Shown here piece by piece: positions 26,705-46,712 of a stretch of DNA of 60,681 bases; position 1 is the first letter of the stretch, and each line of letters opens with the position of its first letter. Where the stretch lies: the NCBI GenBank assembly GCA_000320545.1, contig ADNK01000821.1:1-60681 (forward strand), read 5' to 3'. The translations under genes were made by a program, and so were the position numbers. The DNA is from Bigelowiella natans CCMP2755. Lineage: Eukaryota > Protista > Cercozoa. The notes under the pieces were generated by a model. It had not been told where the DNA came from. It saw only the letters and a program-made list of their open reading frames with translations, and did not search any database.

Positions 26705-27766
26705 CTCGCCGGTCCTGAGAATCGTGCTACAGCTCGTACGATCGTATAGTATCTCGAAGATGGGATTGACAACTTGGAGAAAACCCCCTCAATCCACTCT
26801 CCTGCGACAACCTAGTGTCCTCGCAATCTTCTACCTTGAGCCTTGAGGCCTTGAGTGATGAAAAGGGGGCGAGCAGATGTGGACCTGACGACAGTCGAAA
26901 ATTCAAATGTGAATTTTGAATGCGAATTCTGACGGCGGCCTGTGTGTTGCCCCCTCGCCGGCATGGGAAACAGCTACCGTGTGGGTCGAGGCCAAGGGGC
27001 AGTGTGAAGAAGGGAAAGCACGAATATGGCTCATCAGTGCTACAAAAGGAGCAAGACGAAGTTAGGGAGGGTCTCTCCGGCACCAGTCATCACACGTTCA
27101 AAGAATGATCGCCACCGCGAGCACGATTCGTTTTGTCTAGTGTGTTTGCGTGTGATTGTTCATGACGCTGGACACACTGTGCGTGGACAGCGCAGCGCAT
27201 GAAATTCCAAGCAACAATGCAGTGCAAACACAATGATGAATGCATGAAGCACACATGCTAAGAGCATTCTGCACGTCTGCATGCGATAGTAGACGTGCTA
27301 GCGTGCCGAACAACGCAACGATCGTGCATGTTGATGAATTGCGACTGAGCAACAGCACAAACAAATCTAGGCCAAATGCTTCAGATGTGCAGCTCTGCAC
27401 GGCGTGGACGGCGGTTTACAGTCACAGCACAATTGTGCCAGACTCAAACGTGGAACAAGCACACGCGCAACACGCGTACGATACAAATGTTGCATCTTGT
27501 GCGCATAGTTGCATGCCATGCCACTGTCACACTACGTTCGTGAATCATCGTCCTTATTCGTTTAGCGACAATTGTAGCGCTGTGCCTCGATATATCATAA
27601 TTTGATCGTTCTTCGGAGTATTTATTACAGTTTCACACGGAATTGTTCTTCAAGAAATCTAATTTAAAAAACACTGACGGCACAGCTTACATCTTACTAA
27701 CATACAAATTACAATCCTATTCACCAGTCCCTTAGATCATTAGCCACCCCACACTGCCGTAAAATC

Positions 27767-34496
<6,730 letters not shown>

Positions 34497-35307
34497 TCTG
34501 AGAGAAAAAGCATTGTCAAGCAAAAACACATGAATCACAGAAGCAGAAGTTTATGGTCCACACAAAAAGCACAATCGGAAATTAATATGATCCTCTCTAG
34601 ATGCATCAACGATGTCAGCGTTACGCACATTGAGAGTCCAACGGGGGGGGGACAGGTCGTTGCGGGGCAGTGTTTCGGATAAGCCTGGAGAGATTATTCC
34701 CCGAAACGGATTGCATTTAGTCAAATCCCGCAGAGCACCGGGATTCCTCCCAATCCCCTGTTGTGCGGGAACGAAATAGGCGCGGCAAACGACGCGATCG
34801 CAAGAGAGCAGATCTTGGGTCGTTTTCACACGGCAGATACCCTGGCAACGAAGCATCGTGGTCTTTCGAAGGGAAACAGAGCTCCTCGACGGGAATGATC
34901 AGTTGCCGCAGTAGATAATATTTTACCCCGGAAATATGCAAATAATTTTCCAGTACAGCTCTTGTGGAGAGGCTCCGTACTGTTATGACGACTGTTGTCT
35001 GCCCTTTTTGTTTTCCCTGTTCCGTATGGTAGTCACGCCGACGATGATGACAGCTTGTGTTCGTTGATGTTGCGTTGTTGTTGGTTGATCACACTTTTGA
35101 TTTTTTAATAATTTCATTGGATTTGTTCGTTGGGATCGCAACCGAAGATTGTGCACTACAAATACTGTAATGAAAATATAATATTAATATTTATTTGAAA
35201 TAAAAATAATTTATCGGCTTTCTTCCGGGCTGACCACGCTCGGGTACACGTTGTGGGGGGGGAGAGAGAGAGAGCTGTTTGCACTCGGCCGCTCCATAAA
35301 AAGCAAT

Positions 35308-36039
35308 ATGGCTTCTTCGTCTTTGAAGATAGATGTGTACAGCGACCTTGCGTGACCATGGTGCTACGTCGCCAAGAGGCGACTGGACAAAGCGATTGGG
35401 TCGCTCCCAGATGTAAAGGTGGAAGTTCGGTGGCATCCGTTCATGATCGACCCCTCGTGCGACAAAAACGGCGAGCCCTACGGCCAGTACATGAGACGTA
35501 GATGGGGAGGAGATGGGTGGGTTTCCGGCTTGAAACGCTCTGCCTCTCCGGACGGAATAAAGTTCGGGAATTGGAAGACTTGGCCGCATACTTTTCTCGC
35601 CCATCGCTTACTGACCTTCACCATGGAAAAGTACGGCTGGGAAAAGCAGCATTCTCTCAAGGAAAAGCTTTTTCTTCAATTGTACGAAGAAGGCTTAAAC
35701 ATTGCAGACCCAAAAGTGCTTGTGGAGGCTGCAAAAGAAGTGAAGATCGACGAGGGCGAAGCAGAGAAGGCTGTGAATGGCCCTCCAAATGATGACCTCG
35801 GCAAGAAAACCATGAGCGAAGATTATATCGCAAAATCGAAGCTTAAAATCAAAGGGGTGCCATACTTTATTATGCCTGGAAACGTAAAATTTTCCGGGGC
35901 GCAACCCGCCAAAGTGATCCGAGAGTTGCTCCAGGATATCGCATCGTCTCTTTCTGATAAGGCTGAGGAGGAGAGGGAAGATGATAGTTCTGAACAAAAG
36001 GAATCAGCTGATGAATCAAATAGTGGCCAGAAGAACTGA
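35308..36039 (+). CDS. DsbA/FrnE-family thioredoxin-fold selenoprotein (Sec at TGA 35353-35355, UPWC motif), intronless, 243 aa
   Basis: MASSSLKIDVYSDLA-TGA-PWCYVAKRRL is in frame with ORF 35419-36039 (VRWHPF, AHRLL, IKGVPYF, FSGAQP). The TGA occupies the first Cys position of CPWC. Confidence 0.93.
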
Positions 36040-36169
36040 AATGATCGAAAAGCGTGAGGAAAATTCTCCTAAGCACCATGATATGAATTACAAATTTGCC
36101 TTCGCCTCCAACGCAACGGCGGGAGACTGTGGGTGAAATCAGAGATATTTCGTTCGTTAAGTAATATGT

Positions 36170-36245
36170 CCAGGCTTTTACATGAAGGCGACGCCCAGAA
36201 AGCTGAGTGTACACCACCTCAGACGGGCATCGTTGGAGAAATTGG
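36170..36245 (+). promoter_or_regulatory. Eukaryotic type II SECIS element
   Basis: ATGAA at 36182; helix GGCGACGCCC/GGGCATCGTT; unpaired AAA at 36199-36201; mini-stem CTGAG/CTCAG; 3' core GGAG at 36235-36238. Confidence 0.88.
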
Positions 36246-37662
36246 AAGTGAATATTACCTAGCATTTTGCTTCGACACGCATCTTACTCGGTGATCTGGA
36301 CCCAGACACGCTCTGACCTTCCACACATGGACGAAAGTGAATAAGTGCTCACGGCAATACTTTGTATTTAAATTGCATGATTTAGATTGGCTCTGTCCAG
36401 CTGTCTGCACTACTAGATGTACTATGCAACTACTCTGATGAATAAAAATGTGAGCTGCTGCACGGGTGCACACTTTTAATTCTTCTCGACAACATGTGAG
36501 TTCGTTTAGATACACTCGCGCAGGCTATTCTCCCCCATCCATTAATAACAGTTTATTAGACACAATCATGGTTAACTTGAATGCACAGAATCGCTTTGCA
36601 TTTGTATCGCTATGATCGATGGCTCTTGAACATGGGGAACTGTTTGTAGTTCCCGCTATGCTAGCCCGGGTCTGGCAATCTAGCCAGCTAGGGAGCATCT
36701 GCAGAATGCGCAATGCTAGAACTTTGCTGAAATTGCTTCGCACACAGCATGTGGCATCGCCTTCGCTTTGTTGAACCCCAAATTAACGAGGAAGATGTTT
36801 GCAATAATTAATAGACACAGCAATGTGATATACAGATATGCATAATATGTGTATCCGACGGTATAACATATTGCATGTCTATCATTGCTAGGGGCGCACA
36901 GTTTTCAGTGTGCTCATATTTGCGGTTGGTGGGTGTGATAGTAGGAATCGTCGGTTGAAATCAAAGGAGTTTTTTCGCATTGTATCATGCAGCGTCAAAC
37001 TTTGATTTATTTTGTTAAAATCCTGGCAGTCTCTTTTGCCAACAATTGCTACATGTCGATCACTTCACACAGCACGCACAGCACACAGCACGGGCTGCGA
37101 GCAGCATCGCTGCGCAGCGACAGTTGGCTCAGGATGGCAACTTGTCTGCGGTTACTGGGTCTAGAAGACCTAGAAATCGCGAGGAGGAACATCTGCGGAT
37201 TGCGCAGGCTTGAGCTTGTGAACATTGCCAACGTCCGCTTGACAATTTTTCTTCACGCACATGCAGCACAGCACAGCACCGCTGCGCATCGCGTCTCTCG
37301 ATCACGCCTAGATCTCCTCCTCCCCCAAATGATAAGGGGCATTTCATCACGGGCAAAGGAAATGGCAAAATAGAACAAGCTTTTCATTTCGATCACATGT
37401 CTAGATGTGTCATGCATTGTCACTTCTGACACTTTTGCTTTAGTGCTTCATCATGTTTACGTCCCTCATCCCTCAAACTTCCGCTGGAATGCAAATTAGC
37501 ATCACATGTCTACAACTGTCGCAGCATGTTGCGTTGTTTGGCTCCTCAAACATCAGGCTAGCAGATGATGTGGAAGCGGTCACACACTCGCGATGTATGC
37601 TAGCATAGCCAGCATGCGCTTCAATCTGCATTGTTCTGGCCGAGCACATCGAGGCGGTGGCT

Positions 37663-37903
37663 TCATTTAGGAAGAATTTTCGGCAACCAGAACAGCAATT
37701 TCCGATCGACCGACGATGCGAACATTAGTGTCCGCGGATTCCAGCTGCGGTGAATTAAACAAAAAACACAGGACATGATGTGGTGTTTTTGATGGTGTAA
37801 TGCTGCATCATGGAATTAGGAGGTAAAAGCGACGGTTAAGGCCGGAGGTTTTTATGGCATATCGAAATAGGAACGTTAAGAAAACGCAGAGAATATTTTA
37901 CAT

Positions 37904-37948
<45 letters not shown>

Positions 37949-40687
37949 CATAATACACGTATTTAAAGATATTGACATTCATTTGTTTATATCTAGCAAA
38001 CGTCTTGTAGTGTAAGGTGGAGATTATTAGATGAGTAGAGAGGGGGAGGAGTCAAAACCTAACGTCTAGTTCGTCTAATTACCAGGCCAACGTTGAAACA
38101 GCGCCAACCGCACTACTACTACTACTGGTACTGCTTTTACTACTACTGCTGCCGCCGCTGCTGCTACTGCTTTTATCCCACGAAGACGTCTGTAATAGGG
38201 AGCCAGTCGTTACCTCCCAGGCTCGCAACCCCTTTGTCGTTCCTTCACAGTTAAACGGGTAAGGATGATGACAGGGATGATGATGATGATGATGATGATG
38301 ATGGTGATGATTGTTGTTATCATTACTGCTGTTTACAGAGTGTTAGTGTTTGTTTCAGGGAAAGAAGCATCATCACGAGGGAGTAGCAGGACGGTGGTGC
38401 CATCGGCAACTTGGAACATTCATTACTTCGATTTGTTTTTGCTGTGATCATGGTAGTGGTGGTGGTATTAGTGGTAGTAATAGTAGTAGTAGTAGTAGTA
38501 GTAGTAGTAACAGAGGAGTAGTGATATATCAACCGTATTACCGCTGATTAGGTACTGGCCATCAGGGCTTATTGATGGCTCGAAGGCTACAGAATCTTGC
38601 CCTAACCCGTCCGACTTGTACACTGCTTTCTGAGATATAGTAAGGGGATACTTAAAAGACATCGTCGTGCACGTTGGAACGGATGATGTTCGCGCAATCT
38701 TTTCCTTGTATCAACCCCAACAAAAAACGCTTTGATGTCACTGCTGCGTTTGCAAATATACTATCTCTTTCCCCTCCCCTTCTCCTCTTTTCTTCGAGCC
38801 TTCTATTTGCTGCTGCTGCTGCTTCTGCTGGCACCTACCCTCTCTCCCTCAAAGGCATCGAAGAGCATGTGAGGCCCGCTGGTGAAGCTTGCCAGGAAAT
38901 ACTATGGACAAATGATTATAATGAAATATATATTAGGCCAATGAACAAGGAAAAAAATATGACGAAATAAGACAACTACTGCGATTATTAGCGCTAATGG
39001 TGGCACCGGCGGGGAAGACAGCTAAGCAATACATAGAAGCTAGTGGTGGTGATGACGGAAGGGATAAGAATGTACGATAAAACACGCATTTATACACACA
39101 CACGCACACACACAAAGTGATACAGTATAACAACTACGAGCTATAAGGGATCTGAGTGTTGCTAGTGCTCATATTAGGTCTACTAATTGTCGGGATGATC
39201 GACTATTACATTCGAGTCGGGGGTGAATTTGATATACTTAAGCTGGGAGTGAGGGCCTTCTGTCTTCAAAAGCAACGTGGCAAAAGGCCCCTGCCATGTT
39301 ACAACAAACAACACGCTTAACTATTTATCAAGAACAGAAGTAATGCAGGTGTGATCTCTCGCTACATCGTCGCTATCCGTGCTAGTACGGCTAGTGCCCT
39401 CTTTGTTCCACCCCCCCCCTCCTTGCCCTACCAAACGATCGATTGATTACCTTTTTGTAGGTACGGCAGTCGTAGAGGCTCATCTGGTTATGTGAAACTG
39501 AGATTGCCATAATCAACCTGCGTAGCCGAAGAAACAACAAATATGACGATAACAGTGACGAAGATAATAATGGTAATTACGATGGTGGTAGTGGTGGTGG
39601 TGTAGTGTGTGCAATGTGTTAGATAGCACCCTTGTGGGTCGTAGCTGATTGCGGGGGCGTCGTTGGCTTCCAGTAGCCCCTTTATGAAGCAATAGCCAAG
39701 ATGATGATGATGATGATATTAGTGGCGAAGGAACCATCGTGTAATAGCAACCATATACATGTAGTCTAGAAAGTGCACTCGAAATGATGAAGTGTGGGTA
39801 GTATTGATGGGGATGGATGCATATTTCAAGGTTAATTGCAACATGAAGACAGTGCTTTCGTCCCGTCCTCCTTTTCCTCTAAATCATTTTTGTCTAAATC
39901 TCTCTTACATGCGGCTTATGATCTCTGAGGTCCCACATTCGAACGGTGCGGTCTTGGCCCCCCGTCATGAAGGTGTCATTGGATGGGTGCATCGCAATCT
40001 GCGTCACCCTTAGATAGGGGGGGGGGGGGGAGAGAGAGAGAGAGAGAGTATGTATCCTGAGTGGAAGAAAGCAGGTAAAGGGTGCAAAAATTGGTATTAG
40101 ATGATAATCTACTACTCTTTCTTATGGCCCTTGAACGATCTTAAGTAGCGGTTGTCGTGCAGGGATAAGTAATGCACGTTGTGAGAAAAAGAACCTGAGA
40201 GCAAATGGTACAATTATGACATCTCAAACGCATTTAATAATTGCATGCCAAATACATTGGTAACAATATCTTCAAATTGGTTTCCTTTTACCATTTGGTC
40301 CCTTTGCGTCTCGGGACGCGCAGAGGATAGCTTTGGAGTGATGCGTGAAGCGCGCAACAGAAGCTCCGTTTCTTTTGCAAAACACCTTGGCCTTCAATCT
40401 GACGATAGTGAAGAAGAGATTATGATCTGCACGTCGACCCTGTCTTGGTTTTGTAACATTGCTGCAGTAACATGTGGTTTAGGCCTTCCTCTTACTGTGC
40501 GGTATGGCAGTCATAAAGGCAGACGGAGTCGTCATCAGCCGAAGCCACCAAGAAGTCACCATCATCGCTGTAGTCAATGGAGTTAACACTCCCTTCCTGT
40601 ATCAATATTGACAGAATAAGATGGTCCATCAGCAACGACTACCGAATAGTGCATCGACGCTATATGAAGGTATCGATGCAGAGAGAT

Positions 40688-40736
<49 letters not shown>

Positions 40737-40850
40737 GTGTGTACTCATTTCACGTACAAAGCTGTATTTAGCAGCTGGTTCGAAGCTTCCAAGGACTTTT
40801 GATGTTAGGAACTGTTTCTTCACTGCTCTTTTGCTGTCCAACCTTTCCAT
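37663..40850 (-). CDS. WDR82: WD40 protein WDR82/Swd2 (COMPASS subunit), multi-exon
   Basis: VNSIDYSDDGDFLVASADDDSVCLYD, ARFTHH, HYLSLHDNRYLRSFKGH, DTFMTGGQDRTVRMWDLR, ISPDGQYLISG, CWNPRTLMFAS..LLFWLP. Confidence 0.9.
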
Positions 40851-41331
40851 GGCCCCCTTCCCCCCTTCGTCCTAATCTGCAGCTGCTGCAGTAGTTCCGC
40901 TGCACTGCTGGGAGGTGAAAGGCGAAAGGAGAAGATGATTGTACTTTGTCCGTTCAGTGAAATTCCCCTCGAATTCTTTCCTGCGACAGGCCTTTCGCTA
41001 TTGTGCTCATCGACTGTCGCAGCGTGATATTCGCCCCAATTTTGCGAGTCGACGGAAACCATCGTCGATCGGCAAACGGCCTGGATTTCTCCCATCGTCG
41101 CAATCCGGATCTCATTCTCCTCCTTACAATTCTTCACGGGCATTTGTAAGGAGGACGCAGAGGAGGAAAAGAAGGATACTGGCGCATCGCAGGCTATTTT
41201 CATGCTCGAAACGCCAGGTAACGAACAATTTTCGCTTGTAGGGCATCGCGAAAATTCCTCCTCCTCCTTTTTCCCCTCGTTGCATTGACATTTTCCATTC
41301 ACACGTACATCTGTTCTTATTGTAATCAACG

Positions 41332-43082
41332 ATGGATAAGAACTGCAATAATCTCCACTCGCCCATGGCTGCTCCTGCTTCTATCGACGCTAAGGCCGCC
41401 CACAAGCCTGAAACTAAGGTGGCGAAAGTAACTCGAACATCCTCCCTGCATTTGGCTGGAACGGGGCCACCATCGGGTTCCTGCTGTCTTTGGTACACCA
41501 GTAGAGTGGAACGCCTCGTCTGGATCGTCCTGATGTTTCTCGTTTTCATCACGGTCGTTATGTGGGGAATCTCCGAGCCGGATCTGTTCAAAACCCAGTC
41601 GGACTTGAACCTGGACATCTGCACGTTCGTAGCGTCCGATGAAAGTAACCGAACTGTTGCGTGGGCAGCAGTCTCTGGAAGTGTCCTTCTCGTTTCATTC
41701 TCCCTTCTGATAGAAAGTCAACTGAGCGACATCGCGTTTCATGACAACGATCCAAGGAAACAAGCCACGAAGACTCTGAAAAGAGTTACGATTCGAGAGT
41801 TCTTCATTGCGGGCTCTGTGGCTATTATAGTTTGGGTATCGGAGGTGATCTATGATGCGTTAAGTGGTTCAGAAAAGAGGGGAGGACACAGCACCGTAGA
41901 TGTGTTCCTCCACACTCTTGAATTCTTGGATAAGACAATGCTACTTCTGATGCTAGTTTACCTGGCGCTTGTCTTGTGCGGACTATCTCTTCTCAAATAC
42001 ATATCGTCGAAGGCAAAGATGGATGCTGCCAGGCTATCGCTGGTGGCTGTCCATTTTTTTCTAAACTTTCCATACTACGTCAAGACCGCATCGTTTGTCC
42101 TATCGTTGCTCCTCCTCGATGATATCTTTTGGCCAGGGTCAGACGGCTACTACACCTTCACAACTCTGCTTCTTGCTTCGGTTTGTATCGTCCTCATCTG
42201 GCTTCGTGTAGCTGCAGGGCCTGCAATATTCAGATTCCCTCTCCCTGGCCTCTTGTCACTGACAGTAAGAAAGGGGCCACTCCTATCTGCCAATGCGAAC
42301 CGCGCTGAAATGCCCACTCAGAATATCATTCCGGAGGAGTCAAAGAGGCGCGATTCGCAGGTGCAAGTTTTTCATTCCAAAATTACCAACAAAATAACAA
42401 GCTTTGCAACAAACATTTTTCTCCCGATAGAAATCGGTAGATGGCAGCAATAAATCTGTTTCCCTGGAGAAAGAGAGTCTGGCCGTCCAGATGCAGGTGA
42501 CAGCTATCATCACTAGTGATCCGTAATCCCAGTTCCCCTGATGAACCGCTCTCCATTTTTCAATACACTTGTTCAGTGGGCCCGGCACACAAAGCTTCTG
42601 AAGCAATTCGTGGGTTTGATAGGATGCATGATCTCCAGCCTCTTCTTAATTTGGGTACGGCAATCAGAAGTCAAAAGCTCGAGATGGGCTGAATAACCTA
42701 TGCACCTTGCTCAGACTCTCCGGATGATGTGTGTGAAATCGTTTGATATGCCGTGGCTTCTACCTCTTCTTCTCACTGCTGCGACTGGGTACGTAGAAGG
42801 CTGACTATCTGAAATAGAGATCCCATTAATCTATTTTGATGAAAATGCTGTTCCAGGTTTATGGTGCTGTTTGTTTCGCTCCCAAAGTACATACTGTTCC
42901 TGTACTCGAATCCGCTTATAGCCGACCCAGCTGCACACTTCGACTACGAACTGAGGTTTGATCTCCTTTAATATTGCGTTGTGTATCTTCTTCCACTAAC
43001 ACTTTGGATTTTCAAATTTCTCAGCTTGAAACAGATGCCGAATGCAGCCGATCCGATTGACGATGTAGACTTGGAGCTTTAG
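41332..43082 (+). CDS. Multipass membrane protein of unknown function (long first exon plus short 3' exons)
   Basis: 373-codon ORF with about 7 hydrophobic segments. Further hydrophobic GT-AG-bounded exons end at PIDDVDLEL-stop. Confidence 0.6.
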
Positions 43083-43221
43083 GATCAACGCAAAACTTTT
43101 TTGAAGCTCGGAGGGGACTGGGTTAATCTTAGCCACAAGTTGGCAATGCAATGTGGAGGCTCCTCATTAGGCAAAGTTGTTATTATTTTCAAATGAACAC
43201 TTAAACATGAAAAGGGGGAGG

Positions 43222-43266
<45 letters not shown>

Positions 43267-43894
43267 ATGAAGAACACGAGAGTTGCAAATTGATAGTCCC
43301 AAATAGCTTTTTGTGATGTATGAGATGGATGTAATGAACTAATTAAATAAATTCAATTGTCATCTGTTATGTGTGTAGAATGCCATTATTTGAATGAAGC
43401 TGTTTCACATAGACGTGGATAGCTCCTGTTTTTTTTTTCACCAAATGCCTTTAGAAAAAGTCCAACATTAGCATGATATGAAGAGCAGCAGGTTGCAAAA
43501 TACGTTTAGTATGTTATGCTGTTCGGCGCTTCTCGTTGTTGTAATGTTGTCGCGCGTCGTAGCGAGTCGCGGATAAATGCCGTGTGACCACAGTTATCAT
43601 TTCAAGAGACTGTCGTAGCTTAAGTGTACAGCCATACGTGCAGGCTTGTTCCGCATTTACAGTGCAGCATCGATGTGAATGTGTGCTACCTTTATATACC
43701 GCGCAAAGCTATGTGAGTATGTATGTGCTGGCTAACATATGATGACATACGATTCTGATGATGGTGTGCATTGACGGCTATTGTTGCTTATCAAGATACA
43801 TTTTATGAGAGAAGACCTTGTATAGTTTACATATTTATAATAACGATTTTCATTATTGACCAACATACATGGAGAGACGCTTACGAATATTCGG

Positions 43895-43934
<40 letters not shown>

Positions 43935-43944
43935 ATCTGGGCTG

Positions 43945-44007
43945 CTAGTCTGAAAATTGAAGGTGCGCCTTAAGCTCTACACTCATCTGTTCTTCGTCTG
44001 AATTCAT

Positions 44008-44041
<34 letters not shown>

Positions 44042-44042
44042 G

Positions 44043-44078
<36 letters not shown>

Positions 44079-45716
44079 ACATATCTAATGATGTTGAAGG
44101 ATCTTGGCTGTATGGTTTTGTAGTTGTCATTATGTTCCCAAGTAGCAAGAGAGTAAATATATTGTTTGCTTATTGATGTTGCTGCTGCGTCTTTATGCAC
44201 ATGATGCACGCACCCCCTTGAGATAATCCCGCTGTCTTTCTAGCGATAAGGATCGTCGCCCCACCTGATTCACCGTTGTCAATATTGCCCCGAGTATTAT
44301 ATATTATATGTGTATATTTATTCAAAGACTAATTCCGCGAAGTATGTATCTACTTATAAAATAATTAATGTGTGCATCGGTTGACTCAATAGTGCACGAC
44401 CTGGGGACAGGGGTAAGGGCTGCTGCTGCTGGTGATTCTCTTTCTTCTCCCTGCTTCGCTCCCCGCTGAACATCTCCAATAGGACGGCTAATTGTGAGAT
44501 GTTCAACATCAATTTACGAGGCGCGCTTAGAAGACGAAAAAACAGCAGGCCAATATCTGAAGAAGGCCAGAAAAAACTCTCTGACTCACCACATCACGGA
44601 CCACATCACGGACACAACACGCGTCGATGCAACAGCGAGCAGATTTTTCACGAAAGAAACACTAGCAGTAGATGTCAATCGGCAGTCGCCGTCGTAGCGG
44701 CTGCACCAGACAGCTGTTTTGTGATCTCACCACTACCTTTGAGGGCATCAGGCTGAGGGCACACAATGAGAGCGTCCTGTCCAACCACAGCAGCGACAGG
44801 AAGGAGGGAGAACGTTATGGGGAATCAGCGCTTAGAACTCACTTTTATTGGCGGGTTGCTTCATGGTGTACCCTTCCCTCCTCGAAAGCCTCGTCAAGAT
44901 ATCCCCAAACGTCGGCTAAATGAACATGTGGGAGAAAGGAAGAGGGGGGAAGGAGCGGGTGAGAATTCCACTGACCACGAAGTTAATAATACATATACTA
45001 CACCAGCTTTAGAGTATGTTTAGTGTTGCGAGCTTACCCCCCCCCGACGAGGATTGAATAAGTATGGGTGAATGAATTATTACGAGAATAACAAAAGCCG
45101 TCTTGACAACACGAAGACAAATCGAGTGTTCGGTAGCAAATCATTCCAAGAATATGTGGACACATCATCTTATTTCTCCTCCTCCTCCTCCTCCTCTTCC
45201 TCATCGGAACGGTATTGCTGTTGCTACTACTGCTACTACTACTACCTACTACTACTACTTCTGCTCTACCACTACCCCTGATGCTGCTTGAATACGACCT
45301 CACGATGGGTGTGACCGTTGTAGCAAGTTCTCGGCCAACCTAAGTCACCGTCAGAGGGAGGCGATGGAGGAGGAGGAAAGCAACGGTTGTGGGAAGGAAA
45401 AGAATAAGTTACGAAGGTGATGCGAGAGAAGAGAGGGGGATGAAGGCGTTGAGGGCCACAACAACAAAGAGGGTAATATCAGATCGATGTTGGGAAAGAA
45501 ATCAGGGATTTTTTAACAGGATCTTCGATGGGGATACACGAATTTCCACCGAGTCGTTCTCTGCGACGAAAGCCATCATCTCGCCACAGTCTGCAAACAC
45601 ATTTCTCAGCACAAGGACATGGTCTTGATCATCCTTGTCAATCACACAGCCACCATCGTTGTTGTTGTCGCTCACCTCTTGCTCTCATGACAACTCATGT
45701 TGCCCTAACACACATA

Positions 45717-45752
<36 letters not shown>

Positions 45753-45834
45753 AGAACACATATGTACACCTGAAGTGAAGAGAGAGTCGAGGGATGAGTC
45801 CTTGGGCGCATCAGAATCCAACAGCACAATTCTG

Positions 45835-45872
<38 letters not shown>

Positions 45873-46654
45873 AAGGTAATATTGTAAAATATAGTGTGTG
45901 CGTGGGGAGGGGGGAAGGGGGGTGCGCCTAAGTGCTGCTGTTGCTATTATCACTACTAATATCATTGCTAATACTATTTCACCACACAGGAAATCAGTAA
46001 ATGAGAAGGGAAGGAGGAGGAGAAGAAGAAACAAAAGAATCACAGGAAGAAGAGAGAAGATGGCTAGTATTAGCAATATGAGCCTTCACCGGATTTCTTT
46101 CTCAGACATCGGAGAAGGGCTTATCCTTGGATTAGGTGACTTGTGTGCAATGGGAGAGGAAGAAAAAGAAGAAGAAGATGAAGAAGAAGAAGACGGGGTA
46201 AATGCTTCAAATCGAAGACGCAGTGGAGTTTGTATGTGAAACTAGTAATGTGTACAAAAACAAGGGAAGATATGAGGATGGTTTTCAAGGAGAAGGGACG
46301 GTAGGTAATGGTCCAGGTGCCGCTTAAATATTTCGTCATTCTGAACATATGATGCGGTCGCTACCTGATTGATTCTGTCCACGATTACAGAAGTGGAAGC
46401 CTCCTTTTCGGGTAGGAATTCCAGAACTGTCACAGCAGCATTGTCTGTTGTTTGGATCAGGGAGGTGAAGGACGAGGAGGAGGAGGAGGAGGAGGAGGAG
46501 GAGGAGGAGGAGGAGGAATGGAAGGTCAGCATTGATACAGAACTGTGCATTGGCTCTGCTGCAATGGTGGTTGCTCGAAGAAGAAGAAGAAGAAGAAGAA
46601 GGAGGAGGAGAAGGATAAGAGTACTCTGAGTCCCCCCCCCCCCCCACCTCCCCC

Positions 46655-46712
<58 letters not shown>

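Noticed and set aside
35205-35230. ATCGGCTTTCTT resembling a cercozoan spliced-leader motif
   Set aside because: Match is short and from memory; no donor GT, Sm site or SL-RNA structure follows.
37743-38081. Apparent non-canonical last intron of WDR82 with CTGG at both ends
   Set aside because: Ordinary GT-AG splicing gives in-frame LA-C-WNPR.
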